64,000 bases of DNA from Mustelus asterias (GCF_964213995.1 NW_027590198.1:186001-250000), one strand, 5' to 3'; counted from the stretch's first letter, positions 35,096 through 48,430 are shown. Made by a program: numbers and translations. The notes: a model not told the origin generated them from the letters alone.

Positions 35096-37192
35096 TCGCT
35101 CCAAGTTGCAGTTCCGGAACAGCTGCAGCTACCACTGCAATAACGCAAGACAGCCAGGAGGCACAAAAAAGAACAGCAAACGGAACCTGCAGTGTCTGCC
35201 TCTATAATTCTCATTAGATGGGCGCTTCGACCAGAGAGACTGGCGGGCACAGCATTCAGTATCCCCACTTTTCAAGGGGTCTGTCTATACGTGTTTCCAA
35301 ATTCAAAAAAATGCTGTTTGCTCTTCACTGCGCCCTGAAATGGCCGAGCACGTCACTCATTGATATCAATCTGCTGCAGAAAAATGAACTGCGTGTGTTT
35401 CCACTGCGGAGGGTGTCCGGAGTGTTGACATAACAGTGAGCACAATTTGATATGAAGGGGTAGTTTGAGGTGATATTGCTTTCCTCTTCAAAGAGCATTT
35501 CAGCAGTTGACCATTCCGTTGTGTCCTGCCGGCTCCATTCGAGCACAAATGGCAGTCATAGTCATTGTTTCGTCACCAGTCCATCATATCAGCTCGGTTA
35601 CAGGAAAATTGGAATGAGTGCATTTAAACTCGGAAGAAGGCATTGATTTAGAATTGAAATAAGGATGAGAGAGATTGTTGCACATGATAGTCTGCCTATC
35701 TGTAATTCTGGAGTCCGAGAAATCCTCTATCAAAGCAGAATTATTGAGCTTCACCCTCTGCACTGCTGATCCAAACAATGCCAAGCAGAAAACAGCGGCA
35801 GCAATCTGGCCGACAACAGAGCAAACAGTGTTGTGTGGCACGATCACCCGTGCTCAATGGCATTGACTTCGAACAGTACTACCAACTCAAGACTGGGCAT
35901 CCATGATGCGTTGTGGGCCATCAACAGCAGTGGAACTGTACTCCAGCACAATCTGCAAACTCATGGCCCGAAATATCCCCCACTCCACCATTACCATCAA
36001 GCCAGGGGATCAACCCTGGTTCAATGGAGGGTGCAGGAGGGTATGCCAGGAACAGCACTACGCATACGTAAAAATGAGGTGTCAACCTGGTGAAGCTATC
36101 AAACAAGACCACTTGCATACCAAACGGCAAAAACAGCAAGTGATAGACAGAGCCATGCGATCCCACTATCAACGGATCAGATCTAAGATCTGCAGTCCTT
36201 CCACATCCAGGCAAGAATGGTAGTGACCAATTAAACAGCTCACTGGAGGAGGATACGCCACAAATATCCCCATCTTAAATGATGGAGGAGCCCAGCACAT
36301 CAGTTCAAAAATCAAAGCCGAGGTTTCTGCAGCAATCTTCAGCCAGAAGTGCCGAGTGGATGATCCATCTCGGCCTCCTCCACTGGTCCCCAGAATCTCA
36401 GATGCCAGTCTCCAGCCAATTCGATTCACACCACGTGTACCAAGAAATGGTTGGAGGCACTGGATACTGTAGAGGCAATGGGCCCTGATAACATTCCTGC
36501 AATAATACTTAAGGCTTTTGCTCCAGAGCTTGCCGCTCCCCAAGCCAAGCTCTTCTCGTACAGTTGCAGCACTGACATCTACCCAACGATGTAGAAATGT
36601 GACGAATTATGTCATGTACACAAAAAGTAGGACAAATCCAACCCAGCCAATTACAAAGAACAAAGAACAATACAGCACAGGAACAGGCCCTTCGGCCCTC
36701 CAAGCCCGCGCCGCTCCCCGGTCCAGGATTGAATCCTGAATCCAGGATCCCCGCCCAATTTTCCAGCCTATCTACATACCAATATCCTATCCACCGAGCT
36801 GTCCCTCACAGCTACGATGCTTTGTTCATCACAACCTATTAACTCACCCCCACCCCCCCCATTCCAGACCATGTGATCTCCAGGGAGAGGCGAAAACCCA
36901 GAGTGAAAACCCCAGGGCCAACATGGGGAAAAAAGAAATCTGGGAAATTCCTCTCCGACCCCCTGAGGCGATCGAAACGAGTCCAGGAGATCACACTGGC
37001 CCTGATCGGAAAATGCTTCCCAACCCTATTCATTTCCACTTCCACGAACACCATGTGAATTCCCTGCCCCCGAGACAGGTTCCCAACTATCCGCAGTCTT
37101 GCTCTGTACTGGCACCAGCAAGATGATCATAGAATGAAGCTTTGAAACGAGAAACAAGGAACAATTAGCCCGCGCCGCTCCCTGGTCCAAAC

Positions 37193-40077
37193 TAGACCAC
37201 TCTTTTGTATCCCTCCATTCCCACTCCGTTCATATAGCAGTCTAGATAAGTCTTAAACGTTCCCAGTGTGTCCGCCACCACCACCTTGCCCGGCAAGACA
37301 TTCCAGGCCCCCACGACCCTCTGTGTAAAATATGTCCTTCTGATATCTGTGTTAAACCTCCCCCCCCCTTCACCTTGAACCTATGACCCCTCGTGAACGT
37401 CACCACCGACCCGGGGAAAAGCTTCCCACCGTTCACCCTATCTATGCCTTTCATAATTTTATACACCTCTATTAAGTCTCCCCTCATCCTCCGTCTTTCC
37501 AAGGAGAACAACCCCAGTTTCCCCAATCTCTCCTCATAACCAAGCCCCTCCATACCAGGCAACATCCTGGTAAACCTCCTCTGTACTCTCTCCAAAGCCT
37601 CCACGTCCTTCTGGTAGTGTGGCGAACAGAACTGGACGCAGTATTCCAAATGCGGCCGAACCAACGTTCTATACATCTGCAACATCAGACCCCAACTCTT
37701 ATACTCCATGCCCCGTCCTATAAAGGCAAGCATGCCATATGCCTTCTTCACCACCTTCTCCACCTGTGACGTCACCTTCAAAGATCTGTGGACTTGCACA
37801 CCCAGGTCCCTCTGCGTCTCTACACCCTTTATGGTTCTTCCATTTATCGTGTAGCTCCTCCCGACATTACTCCCACCAAAATGCATCACTTCGCATTTAT
37901 CAGGATTGAACTCCATCTGCCATTTCCTTGCCCTAATTTCCAGCCTATCTATATCCTTCTGTAGCCTCTGACAATGTTCCTCACTATCTGCAAGTCCTGC
38001 CAGTTTTGTGTCGTCCGCAAACTTACTGATCACCCCAGTTACTCCTTCTTCCAGATCATTTATTTAAATCACAAACAGCAGAGGTCCCAATACAGAGCCC
38101 TGCGGTACACCACTAGTCACAGGCCTCCAGCCGGAAAAAGACCCTTCCACTACCACCCTCTGTCTTCTATGACCAAGCCAGTTCTCCACCCATCTTGCCA
38201 CCTCCCCCTTTATCCCATGGGATCCCACCTTTTTCACTAGCCTACCATGAGGGACTTTGTCAAACGCTTTACTAAAGTCCATATAGACAACATCCACGGC
38301 CCTTCCTTCGTCAACCATTTTGGTCACTTCTTCAAAAAACACCACCAGGTTAGTGAGGCATGACTTCCCTCTCACAAAACCATGCTGACTATCGTTAATG
38401 ACTTTATTCCTTTCTAAATGCGCATACATCCTATCTCTAAGAATCTTCTCCAACAACTTCCCCACCACGGACGTCAAGCTCACCGGCCTATAATTACCCG
38501 GGTTCTCCTTCCTACCCTTCTTAAATAACGGGACCACATTGGCTATCATCCAATCCTCTGGGACCTCACCTGTGTCCAGTGACGAGACAAAGATTTGCGT
38601 CAGAGGCCCAACGATTTCACCTCTCGTCTCCCTGAGCAGCCTTGGATAGATTCCATCAGGCCCTGGGGATTTGTCAGTCTTTATATTCTCTAACAAACCT
38701 AACACTTCCTCCTTTGTAATGGAGATTTTCTCCAACGGTTCAACACTCCCCTCAGAGACACTCCCATTCAACACATCCCTCTCCTTTGTGAATACCGACG
38801 CAAAGTATTCATTTAGGATCTCCCCTACTTCTTTGGGCTCCAAGCATAAGTCCCCACTTTTGTCCCTGAGAGGTCCGATTTTTTCCCTAACAACCCTTTT
38901 GTTTCTAACGTATGAATAAAATGCCTTGGGATTCTCCTTAATCCTGTCTGCCAAGAACATTTCGTGACCCCTTTTTGCTCTTCTAATTCCCCGTTTGAGT
39001 ACTTTCCTACTTTCATTGTACTCCTCCAGAGCTCCCTCGGTTTTTAGCTGCTTGGACCTAACATACGCCTCTCTTTTCTTTTTGACCAGTCCCTCAATTT
39101 CCCTGGTTATCCACGGTTCTCTAATCCTACCCTTCCTATCCTTCTTTTTTTACAGGCACATGCTTGTCCTGTTGCCCTAACAAACGTTCCTTAAAAGACT
39201 GCCACATACCAGATGTGGATTTACCCTCAAACAGCCTCTCCCAATCAAGAGCTGCCAATTTCTGCCTGATCCCAGTAAAGTTAGCCTTCCCCCAATCCAA
39301 CACCTTACCCTTGGGACACCACTCATCCTTTTCCATCACTATCCGAAAGCTAACAGAATTGTGGTCACTATTTGCCACATGTTCCCCAACCAAAACTTTG
39401 AAGACCTGACCGGTCTCATTCCCCAGTACCAGGTCCAGTATAGCCCCCTCTCTAGTCGGGCTGTCTTCATATTGTTCCAACGAACCCTCCTGTACACATT
39501 TTACAAATTCCTCCCCATCCAGAGTCCCTGCCCTCAGCGATTTCCAGTCTATACCAGGGAAAATGAAGTCTCCCACTACAACAACCCTATATTTCCTGCA
39601 CCTATCCAGTATCTCCTGACATATCCATTCTTCCACTTCCCTTGGGCTGTTGGGGGGCCTGTAGTACACCCCCAACATAGTGACTGCGCCTTTCCTGTTT
39701 CTAAGCTCCACCCAGAGTGACTCGTTACACGACTCCTCTGAATTGTCCTCCCTCTGCACCGCTGTAATATGCTCTCCAACTAATACCGCTACTCCCCCAC
39801 CTCTTTTGGCCCCTCCTCTGTCTCGCCTAAAACACTTGTACCCTGGAATATTCAGCTGCCAGTCCTGTCCCTCTTTCAACCAAGTCTCTGTCACCGCAAC
39901 CACATCCAAATTCCTCGTGCGCATTAAGGCCCCAAGTTCGTCTGTCTTACCTGCTACGCTCCTTGCATTGAAGTATAAGCACTCCAGACCTCCAGGCTCA
40001 GTGAGGTCGTCCTCCCCCAGAGTGCTCTTCTTCTTTGCCAGCCTTGTCCCAGCCCCAAGCTCGTCCCCAGCCACCAC
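37193..40077 (-). pseudogene. CR1 ORF2 (apurinic endonuclease-reverse transcriptase), disrupted
   Basis: YFNARS, VTETW, GVYYRPP, VVGDF, SDH; RT motifs in ORFs 38064-38960 and 37242-38033. Confidence 0.92.
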
Positions 40078-40260
40078 ACTTATAGACCTAATAGTTTGAT
40101 CTCCACCCCCCCTGCCATACTAGTTTAAACCCCCCCGAACTGCACTAGCAAAGCTCCCAGCCAGGATATTTGTGCCCTTCCAACTTAGTTGTGACCCCTC
40201 CCTCTTGTACAGGTGCCATCCTCTCCTGAAAACCTCCCATTGATCTATGAAAATAAAGCC

Positions 40261-41139
40261 CTACCTCCTGGACCAGTCCTTTAGCCAGGCATTCGTTTGT
40301 ACTAACTCCCTATTCTTAGCCTCACTGGCACGAGGCATTGGGAGCAGCCCAGAGATGGCCACCCTAGTGACCCTACTTTTTAACCTATTTCCCAACTCCC
40401 TGAATTGCTCTCTTAGGACCCCCCTACTCTTCCTATCTACGTCATTTCCACCAATGTGTATAATGACATCCGTTTCTTTATCTTCCCCTTTTAATATGCC
40501 TCCTTTCCGCTCGGAGACATCCTTGACCCCAGCACCAGGTCGGCAGACTACCATCCTGGAGTCCCGTTCGCCCCCACAGAATCGCCTGTCTGTGCCTCTA
40601 ACTGATGCATCCCCCACCACTATCGCTCTCCTAACCCCTCTCTTCCCTTTCCGGGCCACAGAGCCTGACTGTGTGCCAGTGACCTGGTCACTGTGTCTTA
40701 CCCCTGGAGAGGCACACTCCTCCACACTATCTAAAACAATGTACCTGTTTTGGAGTGGGTCAACCACAGGTGACCCCTCTTCTAACTTTTCACTCCCCTC
40801 CCCTCTCACACTTGTCACCAAGCCCTTCCTATTTTGAGAGACCACCACTGGAGTCCTCCCTTGTACTTTACCCTTCTGCCCTTTACTCCTCCTAACTGTG
40901 ACCCACGTGTCATTCTCCCGATGCCCCGGTGTAACTAGTTGCCTATAAGTGCTGTCGATTTTTCTCCCATTTTCCCTGACTAGACTAAGGTCAGCGATCT
41001 GCAGCTCCAGTTCCCTGACACGGTCCCTCAAGAGCTGCAGTTCCACGCACCTGGCACATATGTGAACCTCTGGGAAGCTAGGTGTTTGCAGGAACTCCCA
41101 CATCCCACATCTGAAGCACTGAACTGGCCGATCACTCAT
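40261..41139 (-). CDS. CR1 ORF1p (Zn-finger, coiled coil, SGNH esterase-like domain)
   Basis: CFRC...CARC, heptad Leu run, AIVVGDASVRG...IIHIGGND; possibly prematurely terminated. Confidence 0.85.
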   Translation of the reverse strand: MSDRPVQCFRCGMWEFLQTPSFPEVHICARCVELQLLRDRVRELELQIADLSLVRENGRKIDSTYRQLVTPGHRENDTWVTVRRSKGQKGKVQGRTPVVVSQNRKGLVTSVRGEGSEKLEEGSPVVDPLQNRYIVLDSVEECASPGVRHSDQVTGTQSGSVARKGKRGVRRAIVVGDASVRGTDRRFCGGERDSRMVVCRPGAGVKDVSERKGGILKGEDKETDVIIHIGGNDVDRKSRGVLREQFRELGNRLKSRVTRVAISGLLPMPRASEAKNRELVQTNAWLKDWSRR

Positions 41140-41313
41140 ACCTGCCCTTATCCTTTATAGGGTTGGGTAAAAGATAACTAGCCTTGCCTCGTCCTTACAG
41201 CCTAAGCCCTGTGAGCCAAAGCCCTTATAGTGCACACTCTGCTACCCACTCACTCCACTGCCCGCTCCCGACGCTGCCCGCTGTATAGTGCAGCCGGCTT
41301 TTTCATGCTCCCG

Positions 41314-41740
41314 TCGAACCCCCCAGGTAACTGCCTTTTATACTAAGACTCAACCTCCCAGAATCCCCTTCAGCTGACCTCACTTCCTCAATTCAAAACC
41401 CTGAAAAAAGCCCGCTAGGAATACCCTTAAATGAATAAATGAATAATTAAATCACTTCTTAGCTTACTCTCAGCTCTCCTGCTAAGACTCTCTCCCCTAG
41501 TCTCACTCCAGTTAAACAAAGAGATCGAACCCCCCAGGTAACTGCCTTTTATACTAAGACTCAACCTCCCAGAATCCCCTTCAGCTGACCTCACTTCCTC
41601 AATTCAAAACCCTGAAAAAAGCCCGCGAAATATACTAGGAATACCCTTAAATGAATAAATGAATAATTAAATCACTTCTTAGCTTACCCTCAGCACTCCT
41701 GCTAAGACTCTCTCCCCCAGTCTCACTCCAGTTAAACAAA
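41314..41740. repeat. Two tandem ~210-bp units in the CR1 5'UTR
   Basis: tcgaaccccccaggtaactgcc...gttaaacaaa at 41314-41520 and 41525-41740. Confidence 0.92.
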
Positions 41741-42030
41741 ATTACCGCCCAATCAGTCTACTCTCGATCTCATAAAGTGATGGAAGGGTCATCAACAGTG
41801 CTATACAGCAGCACCTGCTCAGCAATAACCTGCTCAGTGACGCCCAGTTTAGGTTTTGCCAGAGCCACTCAGCTCCCGACCTCATCACAGCCTTGGTTCA
41901 AACATGGGTGAAAGTGCTGAATTCCAGAGGAGAGGTGAGAGTGGCAACCTCTGACATCAAGGCCGCATTCGACCGAGTGTGGCATCCAGGAGCCTTAGCA
42001 AAGCTCGAATCAGTGGGTATCGGGGGCAAA

Positions 42031-42188
42031 TGCAGAAAGGTCCTGGAGCTGAGATGACTGACTCTCCACAACCAGAACCATCTTCCTATGTACCAGGTCT
42101 GACTCCCACAGCGGAGTCAGACCTGGTACATAGGAAGATGGTTCTGGTTGTGGAGGGTCAGTCATCTCAGCTCCAGGACATTTCTGCA
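42031..42188. repeat. Near-perfect inverted repeat, 76-bp arms and 6-nt loop
   Basis: 42031-42106 versus 42113-42188, 2 mismatches. Confidence 0.92.
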
Positions 42189-44340
42189 GGAGTCCCTCAG
42201 GGTAGTGCCTTGGGCCCAACAATTTTCAGCTGCTTCATCAAAGACCTTCCTTCCACCATAATGTCAGAAGTGGGGATATTCGCCGATAATCGCATAATGT
42301 TCAGCACCATTCGCGACTCATCAGATACTGAGGTAGTCTATGTCCAAATGCAACACGATCTGGACAATATCCAGGCATGGGCTGACAAGTGGCAAGTGAC
42401 ACTCGCGCCACACAAATGCCAGGCCATGACCATCATCAATAAGACACACTCTAACCACACCTTTTGAAATTCACTGGTGTTACCATTCCTGAATCCCCCA
42501 CTGTCAAGGTCCTTGGGCTTACCATTGACCAGGAATTCAACTGAATTCCCCACGTAAACACAGTGGCTATAAGAGCACACTGGCTATCAGAGGCTAGGAA
42601 TACTGCGGCGAGTAACTCACCTCCTCAGTACCCAAAGCCTGACCACAATCTACAAGGCACAAATTAAGTGTACGATGGAATACTCCCCACCTGCCTGGAT
42701 GGGTGCAGCTCCAACAACACTCAAGAAGCTTGACACCATCCAGGACAAAGCAGCCCACTTGAGTGGCACCACCTCGACAAACATCCACTCCCTCCTCCAC
42801 CGTCGATCAGTAGCAGCAGCTTGAATGTACTATCTACAAGATGCACTGCAGCAATTCAACAAAAATCCTTAAACATCATTTTCCAATCCACGGCCACTTC
42901 CATCTAGAAGTACAAGGGCAGCAGATAGATGGGAATGCGACCACCTGCAAATTCCCCTCCAAGCCATTCACCATGCTGACTTGGAAATATATCACTGTTC
43001 CTTCGCAGTCGCTGGCTCAAAATCCTGGAATTCCCTCCCTAATGGCATTGTGGGTCAACCCACAGCACATGGATTGCAGCGATTCAGAAGGTAGCTCACC
43101 ACCACCTTCTTAAGGGCATCTAGGGTTGGGCAATAAATGTTGGCCACCAGCGACGCCCGTGCCCCACGAACGAATTAAAAATAATGATGAAGCATCCCCT
43201 ACCAAGAACAAAGAACAGTACAGCACAGGAAACAGGCCCTTCGGCCCTCCAAATTCTCTACCCTCTGGGATAGAGAATTGCAAAGATTCACAACGCTTTG
43301 TGTGGAGTAATTTTTCCTCATCTCAGTCCGAAATGATCAGCCACTTATCCTGAGATTGTGTCCCCTTGTTTTAAATTCTCCGAGAGAGAAAATGACATCT
43401 CTGAATGCATCTGATTAAATCCATTCATTGTTGTGTAGATTTCTATGAGATCACATTCCATTCTGCCAGACTTCAGAGAATTTCTGCGCAATTTACCCAG
43501 CCTCTCATCTTGGGACAATGCCTTCATCACAGGGAATAATCTAGTGAACCTTTGCTGTAACTTCTCCAATGGAAGTATATCATGTCGTCAATGTGATACC
43601 CCAAAATTGCACACAGTATTCCAAATGAGGTTTTGGCAATACCCTGAGCAACTGCAGCCAGCCTTCAAAGATGACAAAGCTTAACTCCGTGCTCAAGACT
43701 GGAAGGGAAATGTGACTGTGGATAATTGACATTGTGCAAATTCCTTTTACCGGTATCTGGGAGAATTTGGAAGATGAGGTTCTGGTATCTCTTTACTCTG
43801 TCATCTGTAAATTCTACCTCTTCCCAATACCTTGTGTCCCACACTCCCTGATCCTCCTGTCCAGGTAGTGCTCGGGTTCACCAATTCTCTGTGTCACTGG
43901 CAGGTGAAACTAGAACTTGGGTACACCAACTCATTGATCCTGGGAGCTGGACCGTCAGAGGCAGCTGGTGCAGAGGCAGCAACAGGAACAGAAAGAGATG
44001 CGACATGAAAGTGTTTAAAATAGGATCTGTGTCAATTGCTTTCAGTGACGGATGTCTGCCTTGTGTTGCATCGTATGTTTCACATGAGTTGCAGTGATGA
44101 GGTCGCTGAGGCTTGGAAATTCAAACTTGCACATCAGCAGCTATTTGACCTCACTGGTAATTTCATGTTCTAGTTAACAGCATCCGTGTTTTCATTGGCT
44201 AAGAAGTCAATTGTTCTCATGCCAAAAAATAACAATTTGAAGGAGAATCTTATTCCTGGTGTAAAACAAAGTCTGAAATGAAAAATAAAAGGCAAAGGTT
44301 TCATGCATCAATTAGATTTTTGAAAGGACACACAGTACCT

Positions 44341-44411
44341 TACCTCGTGGTCTAGTGGAAAGGATTCAGCGCTTTTATCGCCGCGGCCTGGAATCCTTCC
44401 GAGTCAGAGAG
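44341..44411 (+). tRNA. tRNA-Glu(TTC)-derived pseudogene
   Basis: GTGGTCTAGTGGAAAGGATTCAGCGCTTTTATCGCCGCGGCC; B box decayed. Confidence 0.75.
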
Positions 44412-44851
44412 CAGAAATTTATTGTTGTGCAACAACCATTATTTAATTAATTGTCTGTACCAGTAAGGAAGGTGCACCATTTTGCATTGAGTTGGAAATG
44501 TCATGTTCAGAAAATCAAGAACAGGAAAAGGGCAGTAATAGGTTGCAAAGCCCTGACGATAGAGATGATGATACAAGGTAAAATCTGGCTAATAATGGGG
44601 TAGTTTTCATTTTTTCCACTGACATAAATATTTCCCAGACCAGGGTCCAAACTGGTGCTAAATGATTTTTTTAAAACTTCCCATTAAATTAAGCACTAAA
44701 CTCTCGGACTTCCAAAGGAGTGGAGGCAGTTTTCATTCAGAATACAGCAACTGAGGGATTAACAAAGCCGCATGAAAAAAGACTCATTTTGAGCAGTGAT
44801 ACTGCCGGAGGAATGCAGAGCTGGAGCTCACCCAGAAAAGCAGCATTTCTT

Positions 44852-44924
44852 TAAAGGCTCGAGGGCTCGAACCCACGACCCTAAGATTAAGAGTCTCATG
44901 CTCGACCGACTGAGCTCGCCGGGC
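44852..44924 (-). tRNA. tRNA-Lys(CTT) pseudogene, 3' acceptor strand lost
   Basis: GCCCGGCGAGCTCAGTCGGTCGAGCATGAGACTCTTAATCTTAGGGTCGTGGGTTCGAGCCC. Confidence 0.85.
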
Positions 44925-47259
44925 ATATTTTTCCGATGCTACTTCAAGTCCTAAAATAGGCCGACAACAAATGCGCTTTTCCAATTGGCATCTCATATTG
45001 TTCTGATTTCAAAGTGTAAAGGTACTCGACCTAGAAATTTGCCAAGGTTACAATGCATTACTGTCAATCATCATTAACAACATTCACATCTTCCTGTTCT
45101 TTGTTGCAGCTCCTTCTAAACATTACAAAATCATCTTACATCTTTCACCTTAAATATTTTCGTCGTAAACATTTTGACATGACCTTCTGAACGAATGTGA
45201 ATCTGGTTTGTGTTGGAAAAATGAACTTGTTCGCATCGGTGAGCTGAGTCACATTGGCACACACAGAGAGTGATAGAGGCCTCAGGAGAAACAAGCACGC
45301 CTCAAAGAGCAAACCAGTTGGAAATTTGTCAGAGGCAGAAACTGAAGCCGAATCACCACAGACAGAAGAACCCGAAATTATACTTTAGTTCGTCCGGCCA
45401 CACTACCACATTCATATCACCATAACCGTTGTCTTGACCGCACTGATTAGAATATGGGAAATATGGTCAGAAGTCGACCTTTCGGCTCCTCAGACATTCT
45501 CAGCTACCTAATAAGAAATAACCTCAACTTTTAAACTGTTCCGTTTACCTTTCAATAACAGCTTAATCTGAAGCTACACAAATAAGATGAATATCCCTGG
45601 AGGATGATGATTTAGATCTGAAACGTTAACTCTGTTTCTCTCCAGACTTGTTGAGTTGATCCAGCATTTCCTGTTTTTAATTTCAGATTTCCAGAATCCG
45701 CAGTATTTTTCTTTTATTATCAGATGAATAAATAACAACATATGTTCATCTGGGACTAAGGTGACTTTATTTGCCATGATCTTATTAAATGGTGGAGGAG
45801 GCTGAATGGGATTTATGACTTGTCTTACTCCATTTATTCAGTTTCCTGGCAGAACCAGGTATGACGCCAATTTCTTCCTCTGGTAGCGGTGATGACAAGT
45901 TTACGTCACTACATTCAGCATAGCAATAACTGCGGAAGAGAGTGCTCGAATCACACCACTGCCAAATGTTAATTTACTTTAAGGGTCATGAAATACATTT
46001 CGTTGTTCAGGTCAGCAAAAAAAAACCCAATAGAATGTATCATTGCTCATTTTAAAAGGAGGAAGCAGCAGGGGCAATGAGGATATAAATTGATGTGGAC
46101 AAGAGACGGGCTTGTGGAACCAGTTTAATTTCTCCTCCAGGAATCCGAATTTGCTTCGAGTAGGGCTACCGCCGTGTATCCATAATGTAGTGATTACCAC
46201 ATCCGTCTCCAAATGCTTTGAATTTCGAAGCCATTCGGATTTCAGGATTTGCCACCAACATTAACTGACTTGTGGAGAATTTTCTGCATCTTCTGATTCT
46301 AATTGTAGGAATCACTGGGCAAAAATTCTCAATAAGGGAGGTCTGTGATTGAGAGCAAGGCAGGATGGTGAATTGTCACAAGAAATGATGGGCAAGACAA
46401 CATTGAACCTGGATAAGCAGGTCAGACAGCATCTGTGGAGAGAGCAGAGTCAAGGTTGAAATGTTCTTCCACAGATTCTGTCTGCCCTGCTGAGTTTCTC
46501 CAGCATTTTCTGTTTTGTATTTCAGATCCCGGCATCCACCTTATTTTCCATTGATCTTATCGAGCTGGTGATGGTGGAGCCCGGGTGGTCTCGTGGTTCA
46601 GAGTCAATGCTTTCCCCACAAGGGCTCGGGCTCGATGACAAACGGTTAAATAATCAAAGCATTTTGAAAGTAGAAGTTGTTCTCTACCAGCAGGCGAAAG
46701 GATCTGAACAAAAGGGGTGAAGAGTTTTTTTTTTGCTGTAATTGGCTATAAGATGACAGAATTAATGTTTTACAATGTTTGTACTGAAAGTGACCTGTAC
46801 TGCTGGAATCAGTCGAGAGATGTTCAAGTAATTTCCAATCCCTCGCATCAGCTTCCCTGGGAGTCTCATGGTCAGGATTCGGCACCGTGGCCCGGGTTTG
46901 TGAAGGAGTGAACAAATTTTTATTTAATTCTTCATTAAATGCAAAACACAGCGAGGCTGTGAAGGCAGTAAGAAAGTAAATCATCCAGCTGGATAAACTT
47001 GTATCACATCTGGAAATGTCAGAGATGTGAAATCAACAGGAAGCTCTGAAGAAGATTCGCAAAGCAGACACATGGAAGAACTGACAATTTAAAGTGATTG
47101 ACACGCCTTCAATTCTGCCGCTTTCACATCGCATCTTTTAACTCCCTGCTATCCATCTCAGTTGCTTACACATCGTCTAAATATCACCCATCTGTAAATT
47201 CAGCCTGTTCCTTGTTTTGCTGATTATGATACGCTCGCTGCAGGAAGGCCATAGCAGTT

Positions 47260-47332
47260 GGCTCCATAGCTCAGTGGTTAGAGCACTGGTCTTGTAAAAC
47301 AGCGGTCGCGCGTTCAATTCTCGCTGGAGCCT
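47260..47332 (+). tRNA. tRNA-Thr(TGT), near-intact
   Basis: GGCTCCATAGCTCAGTGGTTAGAGCACTGGTCTTGTAAAACAGCGGTCGCGCGTTCAATTCTCGCTGGAGCCT; perfect acceptor stem, one mismatch each in the anticodon and T stems. Confidence 0.9.
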
Positions 47333-47499
47333 TGATTAAGTCTTTAGCTGATAGCACCCAATAAGCTGCAAAGCGGGTGCGGTAGAGCTCGAAAGACAGG
47401 TTACGTGAGTTGACGACAAGTCGAGAGATCCGGTGTAATTTGTCAAGTGAACAGACGTCCTCTTGATCGTGGAAGCAGGGCATGTTTGAAAAGCTGAAA

Positions 47500-48430
47500 A
47501 TTTTGACGTTGTTTGGGTTTGTTTGTGCAAGGAACGCAGGAAGTCAGCTTGTGAGCAAACAGTCAGAAAGGGAAACGGCATTTTGGTCATTATTATCAAA
47601 GGATTGGAGTACAACAATAATGAGGTGTTAATAGAGTTTGGTGAGACCACATGTGGAAACTTCTGCGCAATGCTGGTCTCCATATTTAAGAAGAGATATT
47701 CTTGCATTACAAACAGTTTGCCCCGAGAGGATGGGGTTATGCTGTGATGAGGCGTTGATTAAATTGGGCTGAAATTCTCTTGAGTTTAGAGGAATGAGAC
47801 GTGATCTCATAAAAACATGTTCTCTGAATGGGATCGAGAGGGTGGACGCTGAGAGATTGTTTCCACTGGGCGGGAATCTAACATAGTATCAGGAAAAGGA
47901 GCGTTTCGGGCAGTGTGCAGTTTGCATATTCTCACCGTGTGAGCGTAGATTTCCTCCGGATGCTCCGATTTCCTCCCACAGCTCAAAGATGTGCAGGTTA
48001 GGTCGATTGGCCATGGCAAATACCTCCTTAGTGTCCAAAGGTGTGTAGGTTAGGGGGATTAGCAGGATGGATGCGTGAGGCTGCAGGAATGGGGCCTTGA
48101 TGGGGTGCTCAGTTGGAAAGTCGTTGCGGAGTCTGGTGGGCCGAATGGCCTGCTTCAGCAGTGCAGTGGCTCTTTGAGATCAGGGGAATTCACTTCACGC
48201 AAAGTGTTTTGAATCTTTGAAACTCTCTCCCAAAGAGGGCTGTGGATGTTCTATCTTTGAACACATTTCAGACTGTGATGGAAAGATTTATTGGCTGTCG
48301 GGAAATTAAGGGATATGGGGTGCTTGTGGAAAAATGGAGTTGAAGCCCAAGGTCGGCCATGATGGTGTTGAATAATGGAGCATGCTCGATGGGCCGAGCG
48401 GTCCATTCCTGCTCCTATTTATTGCGTTCA
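47500..48430 (+). mobile_element. Old CR1 3' fragment with an embedded V-SINE (about 47910-48175)
   Basis: Degenerate RT C-terminal remnants and V-domain gatttcctccggatgctccgatttcctcccacag. Confidence 0.7.

Larger units (their letters stand above)
36655..41739 (-). mobile_element. Full-length CR1 LINE, long-3'UTR subfamily
   Basis: TSD aattac (36649-54 / 41740-45); 5'UTR with a tandem repeat; ORF1; ORF2 (APE + RT) broken by two homopolymer frameshifts and one stop. Confidence 0.95.
35780..43165 (+). mobile_element. Old CR1/L2-superfamily LINE split by the full-length CR1
   Basis: ...PGDQPWFN...KSNPANY | RPISLLS...DIKAAFDRVW...GVPQGSALGP...FADN; the frame resumes at 41746; gggcaataaatg tail. 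Confidence 0.85.

Noticed and set aside
45345-46640. Further tRNA-like traces (about 45345-45410, 46585-46640; also about 23040 and 56900)
   Set aside because: Too degenerate to assign an isotype or boundaries by eye.
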